NCBI RefSeq assembly: GCF_001194135.2
Contig: NC_068984.1
Span: forward strand, 53,776,645-53,823,171
Length of the DNA stretch: 46,527 nt
Source of the DNA: Octopus bimaculoides
Taxonomy: Eukaryota
Direction: 5' to 3'
Part shown: positions 24,670-34,928 of the stretch, piece by piece
How positions within the stretch are numbered: position 1 is the first letter of the stretch
Layout: the number at the start of each line of letters is the position of its first letter
The notes under the pieces: generated by a model
The model's database searches: none
What the model was told of the DNA's origin: nothing
Seen by the model: only the letters and a program-made list of their open reading frames with translations
Program-made: the position numbers and the translations under genes

Positions 24670-25200
24670 ACTATCCATATGCCCAGTCCTTCTTCCCTAG
24701 AAGATTAGTTGTCTGGAATTCCCTTCCTGTTCATGTTTTTCCTGTGACCATTGACTTGTAAGTCTTCAGAAGAAACCTGCATATTTCACAGGTTTTCAGC
24801 GAGGTCATTAGAACAGCCCCCTCCAGATTAAAACAATACATAACTAAAAATATGGAGGCAATCAACATATTGTAAATAACAGATAATTCAGTCCTTGAAG
24901 CAGCTGGTAGTGTTTGACAATGACCACATAAAATTCCTTCAAGGTTACTGCTTACAAATCTGAGAAGGTGCATAAGCCATACTTCTTTTATCACTTTTCT
25001 GAATTTACTAATTCCATATTGCCTCCTAAATTTATTTGATGCTCTTGCAATACTCCTCTGAGAGGTACTTTTAAGACGCCATTCTAAAACATTGCTTTCA
25101 AAATTACATGCTTTTGCAATTCTTTTATTGTAGTTGTTCTCTACATGCAGAATCACCCACATAAACTTCCTCAAATGCAAAGAGTTTTTAAAAATGCTCT
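24670..25200 (-). pseudogene. Degenerate RTE/BovB-type ORF2 fragment
   Basis: NNYNKRIAKAC.F...RRQYGISKFRKV..VWLMHLL resembles the post-YADD RIAKA..AF..L....GIS..TK..VY pattern. Confidence 0.5.
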
Positions 25201-25302
25201 CCCTCTTTTTTGGGATTAACAAAAATATTTTAAAAAATGAAAGAAAGGAATAAATTACATCCACTAGTGATCTTTGTTTATATATATGAGTTTCAAATTT
25301 TG

Positions 25303-25500
25303 GCACAGAGCCAACTATTTCGGGAGATGGGCTAAGTTGATTACATCAATCCCAATGATCAACTGGTACTTATTTTATCAACTTTGAAAAGATGAAAGAC
25401 AAAGTTGACCTCTGCAGAATTTGAACTCAGAACATAAACATGGATGAAATGCTGCTAAGCATTTTTCCCAGCATGCTAATGGTTCTGCCAGCTCACCGCC
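25303..25500 (-). mobile_element. SINE family B
   Basis: Head ends at GCTCACCGCC; core colinear with the other copies. Confidence 0.85.
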
Positions 25501-26151
25501 TTTTTATTTATATTAGACACTGTATCAAATTATTAAATTTTCCATGACTTATTTGTCTGCTGTTATGGTTTTAGTAATTTGCCAATTTATATAATGAGAA
25601 TGTATCTCTCTCTTTGTTGCTCTTTTCATGAACTGATTGTTTTATGTATTTATGTGTTATTATATATTTATGAGGAATGTGTTCTCTGCTGAGTGATTTA
25701 TATGCTTTCAGAAATTTTATTTTTTGAATTTCTTATACAGGAAAATGTCAATCTTCAGAGATGTTCATTGTTGTTTTATTTACTTGCCCAGATCTTTATT
25801 ATATTGCAAATACAAATACAGACATGAGTCACTTATCTCTGTAGAAGTAGCTGGCTATTTATTGTTTGTGTTTGTCTGGCTTCATGTCAGTTTTGATTCG
25901 GCACACCTCTGATCAAAGGCGTTACAGTCATACCTCTCAAGTGTTTTAGGATCATGTTATCATCCAATGTATTGTTCCTTCCTTTTAATCCTTTCGTTAC
26001 CATATCTCTGTTGAAATACACTGCTTTAGTTTCAATTAGTTTTAAAAATAAAGAAGAATATAGTAAAATAAGTTTGTCATTATTAAGCTAATGTTTGGAA
26101 CTTGAGTTAACATGGAATATTGATGGAAAATTTTAATTTGGTTCACTTTAA

Positions 26152-26768
26152 CCCTTTCGTTACCAACCCGGCTGAAACTGCCTCTGGCTCTGTAGCACAA
26201 ATGTCTTGTTTTTATACATTTTGAATTAAAATCTTCCACCAAACCTTAGTCACAATTTATGTTCCTAACATTTTATTGGCACTCTGTCGCTTGCGACGAC
26301 GAGGGTTCCAGTTGATCCGATCAACGGAACAGCCTGCTCCTGAAATTAACGTGCAAGTGGCTGAGCACTCCACAGACACGTGTACTCTTGATGTAGTTCT
26401 CAGGGAGATACAGTGTGACACAGTGTGACAAGGCTGACCCTTTGAATTACAGGCACAACAGAAACAGGAAGTAAGAGTGAGAGAAAGTTGTTGTGAAAGA
26501 GTACAGCAGGGTTCGCCACCATCCCCTGCCGGAGCTTCGTGGAGCTTTAGGTGTTTTCGCTCAATAAACACTCACAATGCCCAGTCTGGGAATCGAAACT
26601 GCGATTCTATGATTGCGAGTCCGCTGCCCTAGCCACTGGGCCATTGCGCCTCCACGTTCCTAACATTAGCTTAATGATAACTAAGTTATTTTACTAAATT
26701 CTTTGTTATATTTAAAATTAATTGAAAGAAATACAGAGCATTTCAACAGAAATACGGTAATGAAAGGG
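26152..26768. mobile_element. piggyBac-like MITE family P2 containing a SINE
   Basis: TTAA TSDs at 26148-26151 and 26769-26772; TIRs CCCTTTC(G/A)TTACC. Confidence 0.85.
26273..26655 (-). mobile_element. tRNA-derived SINE family O (~385 bp, (AAC)n tail)
   Basis: Head GTGGAGGCGCAATGGCCCAGTGG..GTTTCGATTCCC; 12-bp TSD GTTCCTAACATT (26261-26272, 26656-26667). Similar to described octopus tRNA-derived SINEs (from memory). Confidence 0.92.
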
Positions 26769-27162
26769 TTAAAACAGGAAGATTATATCATAGAACCAGG
26801 GGTGGTCTCAGGCTGGTTAGGGAGATTTGACTGTATTCTTAGCATGTTGAGCAACCATGTAGATGTTCTTTCATTGCCTTGTGATTAGACTGAAGTTGTG
26901 TACTGTTGTGCTGTAGTGATTTCTGTTTGCAATTTAAGTTTGCAGACCTGTTCAGTTCACAATTTGTAACCACTTTACTTTGTTATTGTTTTCAGAAACA
27001 GGATAAGTCAACATTTGTTTTTTCCTGTAATTCTGAAGCATGAACTCTAGATAACATATAATTTACTTCTATAGTATTTTGACCTTTTTTGTTGTTGTTG
27101 GAGACTATGGTGCCTACTTTATCCAGGAGTGCAAGGGCCCTTATACATCCTTGTATTCACAG

Positions 27163-27305
27163 CAGATGACATTGAAGAATCAGAGATACCAGATTAGATG
27201 TTAAACAATCATCTACTGCACTATCAGTGCCAATAAGCTGAAAGTTGGGAAGCTCTCTCTCAAGTAATGATTTCAACTGTTGAATCAACTAGCTCTATGA
27301 CAAAT
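27163..27305 (+). other. Candidate exon (5' UTR plus possible start MISTVESTSSMTN)
   Basis: CAGCAG acceptor after a pyrimidine tract, strong AT|GTAAGT donor, non-repeat sequence, ATG at 27267 in phase with the donor. No homology recognised. Confidence 0.3.
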
Positions 27306-27653
27306 GTAAGTTGAAACATACAGGCAGCAATTTTCTGTAAACATAAAAAAATACAAGCTACATGTTTAATTATGTTAGATTGTTAGCTTATTGGATTCTT
27401 ATCAGAAGTTATATCTTTTATTGCATATATTTGGTTTTATATAACACACGGAGACTAGTATTTTTTTGCCTTTGGTTTTGACTTTTTAAGCATTATCTAC
27501 GAAAATGTGTGATAAATTAGGATTCTGTATAGTTTAATGTGGATTGCTATTGATAGAAAATCTAAGAAATCTTTTTTTTCTGGTTTTGTGTAAAGATAAT
27601 AATGAGTTGCTTTTCCTAATTCTGAATAAGAATAGTGATATCGTATATATTTC

Positions 27654-28120
27654 ATCATCATCGTCGTCGTTTAACGTCTGCTTTCCATGCTAGCATGGGT
27701 TGGACGATTTGACTGAGGACTGGTGAACCAGATGGCTACACCAGGCTCCAATCTGATTTGGCAGAGTTTCTACAGCTGGATGCCCTTCCTAACGCCAACC
27801 ACTCCGAGAGTGTAGTAGGTGCTTNNNNNNNNNNTGATTTGGCAGAGTTTCTACAGCTGGATGCCCTTCCTAACGCCAACCACTCCGAGAGTGTAGTAGG
27901 TGCTTTTACGTGCCACCAGCACGAAGGCCAGTCAGGCGGTACTGGCAACGGCCACGCTTGAAATGGTGTATTTTACGTGCCACCTGCACAGAAGCCAGTC
28001 CAGCGGTACTGACAATGAACTCGCTCGAATATCTTTTCACATGCCACTGGCACAAGTGCCAGGAAGGCGACGTTGGTAAAGATCACGCTCAAATGGTACT
28101 ATTTATGTGCCACCAGCACG
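27654..28120 (-). mobile_element. 3'-end copy of the RTE element (tail plus ~62-bp subrepeats)
   Basis: Colinear with 29469-29900; contains a 10-N gap (27825-27834) with flanking duplication. Confidence 0.85.
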
Positions 28121-28212
28121 ATATATATATATATATATATATGCTAAATAAAATAAGATAACAAGGCTAAGGCATTGTGATATTTCTAGGATATTTAAAA
28201 TGGGAAAGGTGG

Positions 28213-28258
28213 TCTTACAGCTGTTTCAGGGAAATAAATGATATCCCATCATCAGAGA
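28213..28258 (-). ncRNA. Minimal type I hammerhead ribozyme motif (degenerate)
   Basis: Minus strand reads TCT-CTGATGA-T-GGGA(11 nt)TCCC-T-GAAAC-AGCT-GTA-AGA, with palindromic stem III ACAGCTGT. Confidence 0.65.
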
Positions 28259-28302
28259 TGAGTTAAGAGAGTTTCTATAGAAGAAATACATATACAGTGT
28301 TT

Positions 28303-28645
28303 TATGTTCAGTCCTACAGTAAGGCACCTTGGACAATTGTCTTCTACTATACTCCCATGTTGACCAAAGCCTTCTAAGTGGATTTTGTATGAAAACTGAA
28401 GCAGCCTGTTGTGCGGGTCTGTATGCCATAAGGCCTGCGAATCTAACGAAGGCCTCAAAAGACGTTTTAAGATCCACAAAGATCAGAACCTAACTGCAGC
28501 TCAAGGTGGTCCAAATCACATATGCAATCTACGTGGGTGTCTTTTCAGTATATTGTCTGGTTTAAAAAGCCACATAAGATGCCATGATGGATCTAAGGTG
28601 TAAGTACAAGAGGTTGTCAGAGTCTGCATAGGGAGTAGGCAACCA

Positions 28646-28687
<42 letters not shown>

Positions 28688-28780
28688 TATTTTTGTGTGT
28701 GTATGTATTTGTGCATGTGTATCTTTGTGTTTATTTCTGACCACTATTTGACAACTGGTATTGGTTTGTTTACATCCCTG
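28303..28780 (+). mobile_element. SINE A split by a LINE 3' fragment
   Basis: Head at 28303-28410, start of second half at 28690-28780. Confidence 0.7.
28409..28603 (+). pseudogene. Two tandem C2H2 zinc fingers, probably the C-terminus of an RTE/BovB-type ORF2
   Basis: C..VC-x3-C-x5-L-x2-(R for H)-x3-H and C-x2-(R for C)-x3-F-x5-L-x2-H-x3-H ending GLKSHIRCH, followed by a stop. Confidence 0.6.
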
Positions 28781-28835
28781 CAGCACCAGCATAGGTGCTT
28801 TAACACCGCTGCATTTTAAGGTTACACACACATAT

Positions 28836-28940
28836 AATTTAGCTGTTTCTCTGTAGATAGAAAAACATGAACAATCTTAATTTATTTTCAGATATTATTA
28901 GATCCTCATCAGAAGAATTTACACCAGTTTGACCAATCTC
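28836..28940 (-). ncRNA. ~100-bp repeat carrying a hammerhead-like core (copy 1)
   Basis: CTGATGA-GGAT(8 nt)ATCT-GAAA-ATAAAT-TA; stem I degenerate. Confidence 0.5.
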
Positions 28941-29097
28941 AGAGAAACAAGCTGCCAATCTGTTTATATACTCACCAGTTACAGCAGCTAATGAAGACTG
29001 GAGTTACTAATTTGCATACCATTTAACACATTATTTAATATAAGGGGCTTGTCAATGGGGATCTCTGTCCACACAGCATTGAGATATTATGTTGGCT

Positions 29098-29200
29098 ATT
29101 TTAGTTATTTCTCCGTAGATTGAAAAAATAATGAACAACCTTAATTGACTTCCAAATCTTACTGGATTCTCATCGGAGGTGTCTACATTTGACCAATATA
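29098..29200 (-). ncRNA. ~100-bp repeat carrying a hammerhead-like core (copy 2)
   Basis: ACCT-CCGATGA-GAAT(8 nt)ATTT-GGAA-GTCAAT-TA-AGGT. Stem I is intact and the core is mutated. Homologous to 28836-28940. Confidence 0.45.
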
Positions 29201-29255
29201 TCTGTATGCATATGTATGTGTATAGATATGCATATACATGTGTGTGTTTGTGTAG

Positions 29256-29286
<31 letters not shown>

Positions 29287-29318
29287 TAGGAATATAGATA
29301 TATGTTTGNNNNNNNNNN

Positions 29319-29376
<58 letters not shown>

Positions 29377-29468
29377 AATATATATCTCTATTTTTACACA
29401 CACACACACATGTGTGAATGTATGTATAGGAATATAGATATTTATTTATATATGTGTGTATATATATC

Positions 29469-31861
29469 ATCATCATCGTGTGACGTCTGCTTTCCTTGCT
29501 GGCATGGGTTTGACGGTTTGACTGCGGACTGGTGAGCCAGATGGCTGCACCAGGGTCCAATCTCATCTGGCAGAGTTTCTACAGCTGGATGCCCTTCCTA
29601 ATGTCAACTACTCCGAGAGTGTAGTGGGTGCTTTTATGTGCCAAGGGCCAGTCAGGCGGTACTGGCAACGGCTATGCTCAAATGGCGTTTTTTATGTGCC
29701 ACCTGCACAGGAGCCATTGGCAATGACCTCGCTCAAATGTTATCTTTCACGTGCCACCGGCACAAGTGCCAGTAAGGCGACGCTGGTAACGAACATGTTC
29801 AGATGGTGCTTTTTATGTGCCACTGGCATGAGAGCCAGTCAGCGGCCCTGACAACGATCACGCTCGGATGGTGCTCTTAGTGCTCCACTAGCACGGATGC
29901 CAGTCAAGTGGTGCTCTCATCAAATTTGATTTCGATTTCACCTGCCTCAACAGGTCTTCGCAAGCAGAGTTTAGTGTTCAATGAAGAAAGGTATGCATAA
30001 TTGGGCTGGTTACACCACTGGCATAGGTCACGGGTTATGGTCTGACTTGGCTTGCCGGGTCTTCTCAAGCACAGCATATTTCCAAAGGTCTCGGTCACTA
30101 GTCATTGCCTCGGTGAAGCCTAATGTTCGAAGGTCGAGCTTCACCACCTCATCCCAGGTCTTCCTGGGTCTACCTCTTCTGCAGGTTCCCTCAACTGCTA
30201 GGGTGTGACACTTTTTCACACAGCTATCCTCATCCATTCTCATCACATGCCCATACCAGCTCAGTCGTCTCTCTTGCACACCACATCTGATGCTTCATAG
30301 GTCCAACTTTTCTCTCAAGGCACTTACAGTCTGTCAAGTATGCACACTTACATTACGCATCCAGCAGAGCATACTGGCTTCATTCCTTGCGAGCTTATGC
30401 ATGTCCTCACAAGTTACGGCCCATGTTTTACTGCCATGTAGCATGGCTGTTTGTACACATGCGTCACACAGTCTACCTTTTACACTGAGTGAGAGGCTTT
30501 TGTCACCAGCAGAGGTAGGAGCTCTCTGAACTTTGTCCAGGCTATTCTTATTCTAGCAGCTACACTTTCAGAGCACCCACCCCTGCTACTGACTTCTTCA
30601 TCTAGGTAACGGAAGCTATCAACTACTTCTAGTTTTTCTCCCTGGAAGGTGGCAGAAGTTGTTCTCTGTACATTTTCAGTGTTTATTGCTCCTGAGCATC
30701 TGCCACATACAAAAACTATCTTTCTAGTTAGCCGTCCTTTGATATTGCTGCACCTCTTATGTGTCCATTGCTTACACTGGGTACATTTTATAGAGTTTCT
30801 ACCTATGCCTTTTCTACAGATTGAGCAGAGCCATCTACCTGAAGGGGTTTGTATTTTGCCTACCTTTCTACTTATTAGGACTTTGGCTTTAGCTAGGTTG
30901 ACTCTAAGGCCCTTTGATTCTAATCCTTGCTTCCACACCCGGAACTTCTCCTCTAGTTCTGATAGTGACTCAGCAATTAGAGCAAGATCGTCAGCATAGA
31001 GGAGCTCCCAGGGGCATCCTCACTTGAATTTCTTTGTTATTGCCTGGAGGACTATGATAAAAAGGAGGGGGTTGAGGACTGAACCTTGGTGGGCCCCTAC
31101 CTCTACCCAGAATTCTTCACTGTACTCGTTGCCAACCCTCACCTTACTGACAGCGTCCCTGTACATGGCTTGCACAGCTCTCACTAACCATTNNNNNNNN
31201 NNAACCCTCACCTTACTGACAGCGTCCCTGTACATGGCTTGCACAGCTCTCACTAACCATTCATCTATCCCTAGTTTCCTCATTGACCACCAGATAAGGG
31301 ATCGGGGGACCTTGTCAAAAACTTTCTCCATGTCAATGAAAGCCAGGTACAGAAGTTTATCTTTGGCTAGGTATTTCTCCTGCAGCTGTCTTACCAGAAA
31401 TATAGCATCAGTGGTGCTTTTCCCTGGCATGAACCCAAACTGCATCTCATCTAGACTGACTCTCTCCCTAATTATTTGGACTATGACCCTCTCCGTGACC
31501 TTCATTACCTGATCTAACAGCTTGATACCTCTGTAATTATTTGTATCTGAAGCGTCACCTTTACCTTTGTAGCAGTTGACTATGGTGCTGCTACCCCAGT
31601 CATTGGGGATGACTCCTTCATGTATCGCCTGGTTAACTATATGGGTGACTAGTCTATAGCCGACACGGCCAGATATTTTGAGCTTCTCTGCGGTGATTCT
31701 TGATGGGCCTGGGGCTTTCCCTGTCTTCATACTCTTAATTGCCTTATCTACCAAGGTACTGTCAATTCGGATAGCTGGTCCCTCTGTTGGGTCAATATTC
31801 AGCAGACTCTCTTTCTCCCATTCATTCTCTTTATTGAGCAACCTTTCATAGTGGCGTCTCC
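29469..31861 (-). mobile_element. 5'-truncated RTE-clade LINE (RT, C-terminal domain, ~560-bp 3' UTR, (GAT)n tail)
   Basis: Long RT-bearing ORF remnant; microsatellites on both sides. Confidence 0.95.
30028..31861 (-). pseudogene. RTE ORF2 reverse transcriptase pseudogene with PHD-like insert
   Basis: KAPG, NYRGIKLL, QFGF, FIDMEKVFDKV, QGSVLNPLLF, ELLYADD, RLSWYGHVMRM, RGRPRKTW. In-frame TGA at 31020-31022 and a frameshift near 30503. Confidence 0.95.
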
Positions 31862-32169
31862 AATACATGTATGTGAATATATATAGGGATTTAGTTCACA
31901 AGTGATCTAAACGATTAGGTACACTAAGTAAGTGCTGTAACAGATTACTAGGGTTCCAAGGTTATAGCCGAGACAGTAGTTATGGAGCCATTGCAGATTT
32001 CTGATATAGGAGATATATAATTGTTAAAGAGGATAATTTTTTCCAATAATAATAATGTATACGACTTGAGATGTTTGCCTTGCCTTAACGTTTGTTGCCC
32101 TCTCTAACAATTATATCTATATATATCTATATCTGTATATATATATAAATATATATATGCACACACATA

Positions 32170-33200
32170 TGGACATGTTAAGAAAGCAATAAGCAAAGAA
32201 AGAAAACAACACGGATGGGGACAAATTTTACTAACTCTTAAAGAGAAGAGTGAGAGTCTTGACATTTTGGATGCTAGTCCTTCATCAGGAGAAAGAAAGA
32301 AAACACAAAATAGATGAGGAGAATGAATGTTTGCAGAAAAAGAAACGCCAGGTGGGAATGTGGTTTGGTGAGGGGAGTTAGAAAGGGAGGTGGAGGTCAG
32401 GTGATGTGAGCATATATATGAGTGTTTCCTTGTATGGAGTGTGTGGAGGTCTGCAAGTATGGGAGTGTAGTAGCATGGGGTAATGGTTTGTAGGAGGATG
32501 TGTTGTAATATTAATATTATTGCATGTGAAAGAAAGGTGAGGAGAGTATCGAGGTAGGCGGAAAAGAGATCAGTGGAGCAGTTACGGGCAAATTCAATAG
32601 GGCACCCAGAGCTTTTGAACTTGTGGATCTTGGGAATGAAACAGACGATGGGTGTAGGGTGTGTGCGTGGGGTTTGGATGATATGGTGGGTGGTAGATGT
32701 TTGTAGTAGGGGTAAGATCAAGGGGCATTGGATGATAGAAGGGGAGCTTCTAGAGCTGTTGCATAGCTTCAGTTCTGGAGAGGTCAGCTCACTGCACTTA
32801 CCAGCTGGTTTGACGATGGTGGGAATGACAAGTTTGACCAGAGAGATGTCAGAGCATTGAATGCTGTTGGAAGTTAGTGACCAACTGCATGGTGGTAGGC
32901 ATCAGTAAATAATTCCAAAGTACTAAACTAGCTAGGGCTCAATGCGCAGTGTGATAGTTCACAACCTAATTTGCTGGAGCAATTGGAGGCTTTTGGCACC
33001 AGAGGGGTATTATGAGGAACGTATTATGGCTGGCGAAAGGAAGAGATTGAGGTGAGAAGGGAAAGAGAAGTGGGGAAGTGTGGGAAGGGCAGGAGAAGGC
33101 GGTGGATGAAGCATGAATGAGTGAACAAGGAGAGAAGGTGGAGGGGAGAAGTGGGAGGACCTGGGAAAGGAGAAAAGTAGAATGAAAAGAGGAAAGGTGG
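32170..33200 (-). mobile_element. Penelope-like element remnant (N-terminal/RT fragment, internal deletion, 3' pLTR)
   Basis: TIVKPAGK..EAMQQL and FIPKIHKFKSSGCPIEFARNCSTDLFSAYLDTLL match IKPADKG / LPKIHK..PGRPIVS...S.YLD.IL of PLE RTs. Hammerhead remnant at the 3' end. Confidence 0.8.
32257..32292 (-). ncRNA. CpG-decayed hammerhead ribozyme in the Penelope 3' pLTR
   Basis: TCTC-CTGATGA-A-GGA(CTAGCA)TCC-AAAAT-GTC-AAGA. Three CpG transitions restore TCC-GAAAC-GTC-GAGA. Confidence 0.7.
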
Positions 33201-33209
33201 TTGTGGGAT

Positions 33210-33226
33210 ATGTATATGAATGTGTG

Positions 33227-33259
<33 letters not shown>

Positions 33260-33346
33260 ATATATATAGGTGTGTGTGTGTATATATACAGGTGTGTGTG
33301 TGTATACATATAGATGTGTGTGTGTGTATATAGACATGTGTGTGTT

Positions 33347-33404
<58 letters not shown>

Positions 33405-33414
33405 NNNNNNNNNN

Positions 33415-33455
<41 letters not shown>

Positions 33456-33690
33456 TAGATAGATAGATAGATGTGCGTGTGTGTGCATATATATATAGAT
33501 GTGTGTGTGTGTATATATATCCATGTATAAATGTATATATGAGTATGTGTACATATGTGTGGATATATGTGAGTATATATGTGCGGATATATATATGTAT
33601 ATGCATATATATATGTGTGTGTGTGTGTGTATATGTATATATGTGTGTGAGTGAATACACACATATATGTATCTGTGTATGCGTGTGAAT
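33210..33690. repeat. Compound TA/TG/AGAT microsatellite field
   Basis: Direct inspection; 10-N gap at 33405-33414. Confidence 0.95.
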
Positions 33691-34326
33691 ATATAAGGAT
33701 AAAAGCAATCGATTTTCATAATTAGAAAAAAGCAAGTCATCATAATCTTATCACAAAACTAAATTTTAGATATAAAAACAATTGTTTTCAACTATTTCCA
33801 ATTTCTTTTCTTTATCGTTTTCATGCCCATAATCAAGCATAAACTTAATACTGAATGGATAGCTCAAGAATTAATTAAGAGTGGAATGATTAAAATGGGA
33901 AATGTTTTTACTGAATATTAATTGAACATGTAAAAATAAAGTTTAAAAAAAAAAATGTGTTGGTAATATATTGTTTTTGTTTTGATGCTGAAAAATAATT
34001 TTTCCACTGTGGAAATGTGCTGGTTATCACTAAAATTTAATAATTGTTTGGTGAATTGATTTTTTTTTTTTGTTTTTACTTGTTTCAGTCATTGGACTGT
34101 GGCTATGCTGGAGCACTGCTTTGAAAGTTTTTTTGTTGAACAAATTGACCCCAGTGCTTATTTTCAAAAGCCTGGTACTTATTCTAATGATTTTTTTTTA
34201 TCGAACTGCTATGTTACAGGGAAGTAAACGAACCAACATTGGTTGCCAAGCAATTGTGTGAGACAAAGACACATACACACACTTATATTCATACATATAT
34301 ACATATGCACACACGCACACACACAC

Positions 34327-34748
34327 CTTGTGCGGGTGACAAATGAGGTTTTCGAGTGAGATCGTTGCCGGTGCACCTGGACTGGCTCATGTGCGGGCGA
34401 CACATGAAATATTTTGAGCGAGATCGTTGCCAGTGCCCCTGGACTGGCTTTTGTGCGGGTGACACATGAAATTATTCGAGTGAGTTCGTTGCCAGTGCCC
34501 CTGAACTGGCTCTTGTGTGGGACCGTCGTAGGATTTTCGTAGGATTTTCGAGCGAGATCGTTGCCAGTGCCCATGGACTGGCTCATGTGCGGGCAACTCA
34601 TGAAATCTTTCGAGCGGGATCATTGCCGGTGCCCCTGGATTGGCTCATGTGCGGGCGACACATGAAATCTTTCGAGCGGGATCATTGCCGGTGCCCCTGG
34701 ATTGGCTCATGTGCGGGTGACACATGAAATCTTCCGAGCGGGATCGTT
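34327..34748 (+). repeat. 62-bp GC-rich minisatellite (>=6.7 units, runs into gap 34749-34928)
   Basis: Unit ends at 34387, 34449, 34511, 34583, 34645, 34707 (one unit has a 10-bp internal duplication). Confidence 0.95.
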
Positions 34749-34928
34749 NNNNNNNNNNNNNNNNNNNNNNNNNNNNNNNNNNNNNNNNNNNNNNNNNNNN
34801 NNNNNNNNNNNNNNNNNNNNNNNNNNNNNNNNNNNNNNNNNNNNNNNNNNNNNNNNNNNNNNNNNNNNNNNNNNNNNNNNNNNNNNNNNNNNNNNNNNNN
34901 NNNNNNNNNNNNNNNNNNNNNNNNNNNN

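Larger units (their letters stand above)
25989..26830. mobile_element. Older piggyBac-like MITE (family P2) interrupted at a TTAA by a same-family copy
   Basis: 25989-26147 is the reverse complement of the right half of the 26152-26768 element. 26773-26830 loosely matches the reverse complement of its left end. Confidence 0.55.

Noticed and set aside
26560-26655. tRNA gene-like sequences (also 36630-36718, 41680-41770 and the SINE A/B heads)
   Set aside because: They are tRNA-derived SINE heads fused to SINE bodies with TSDs, and lack a complete cloverleaf/acceptor stem.
31133-31260. Apparent tandem duplication inside the RT (WLVRAVQAMYRDAVSKVRV twice)
   Set aside because: The copies flank a 10-N gap. 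The same overlap pattern occurs at 1732-1741 and 27825-27834, so it is an unmerged contig overlap artefact.
32966-33743. Long His/Thr/Ile/Tyr-rich ORFs (also 619-952, 8054-8367, 22814-23289, 29052-29566, 46022-46464)
   Set aside because: These are translations of TA/TG/AGAT microsatellites and N gaps.
34327-34748. CRISPR-like regularly spaced array
   Set aside because: Whole 62-bp units are homologous with no unique spacers, the context is eukaryotic, and it derives from a LINE 3' UTR.
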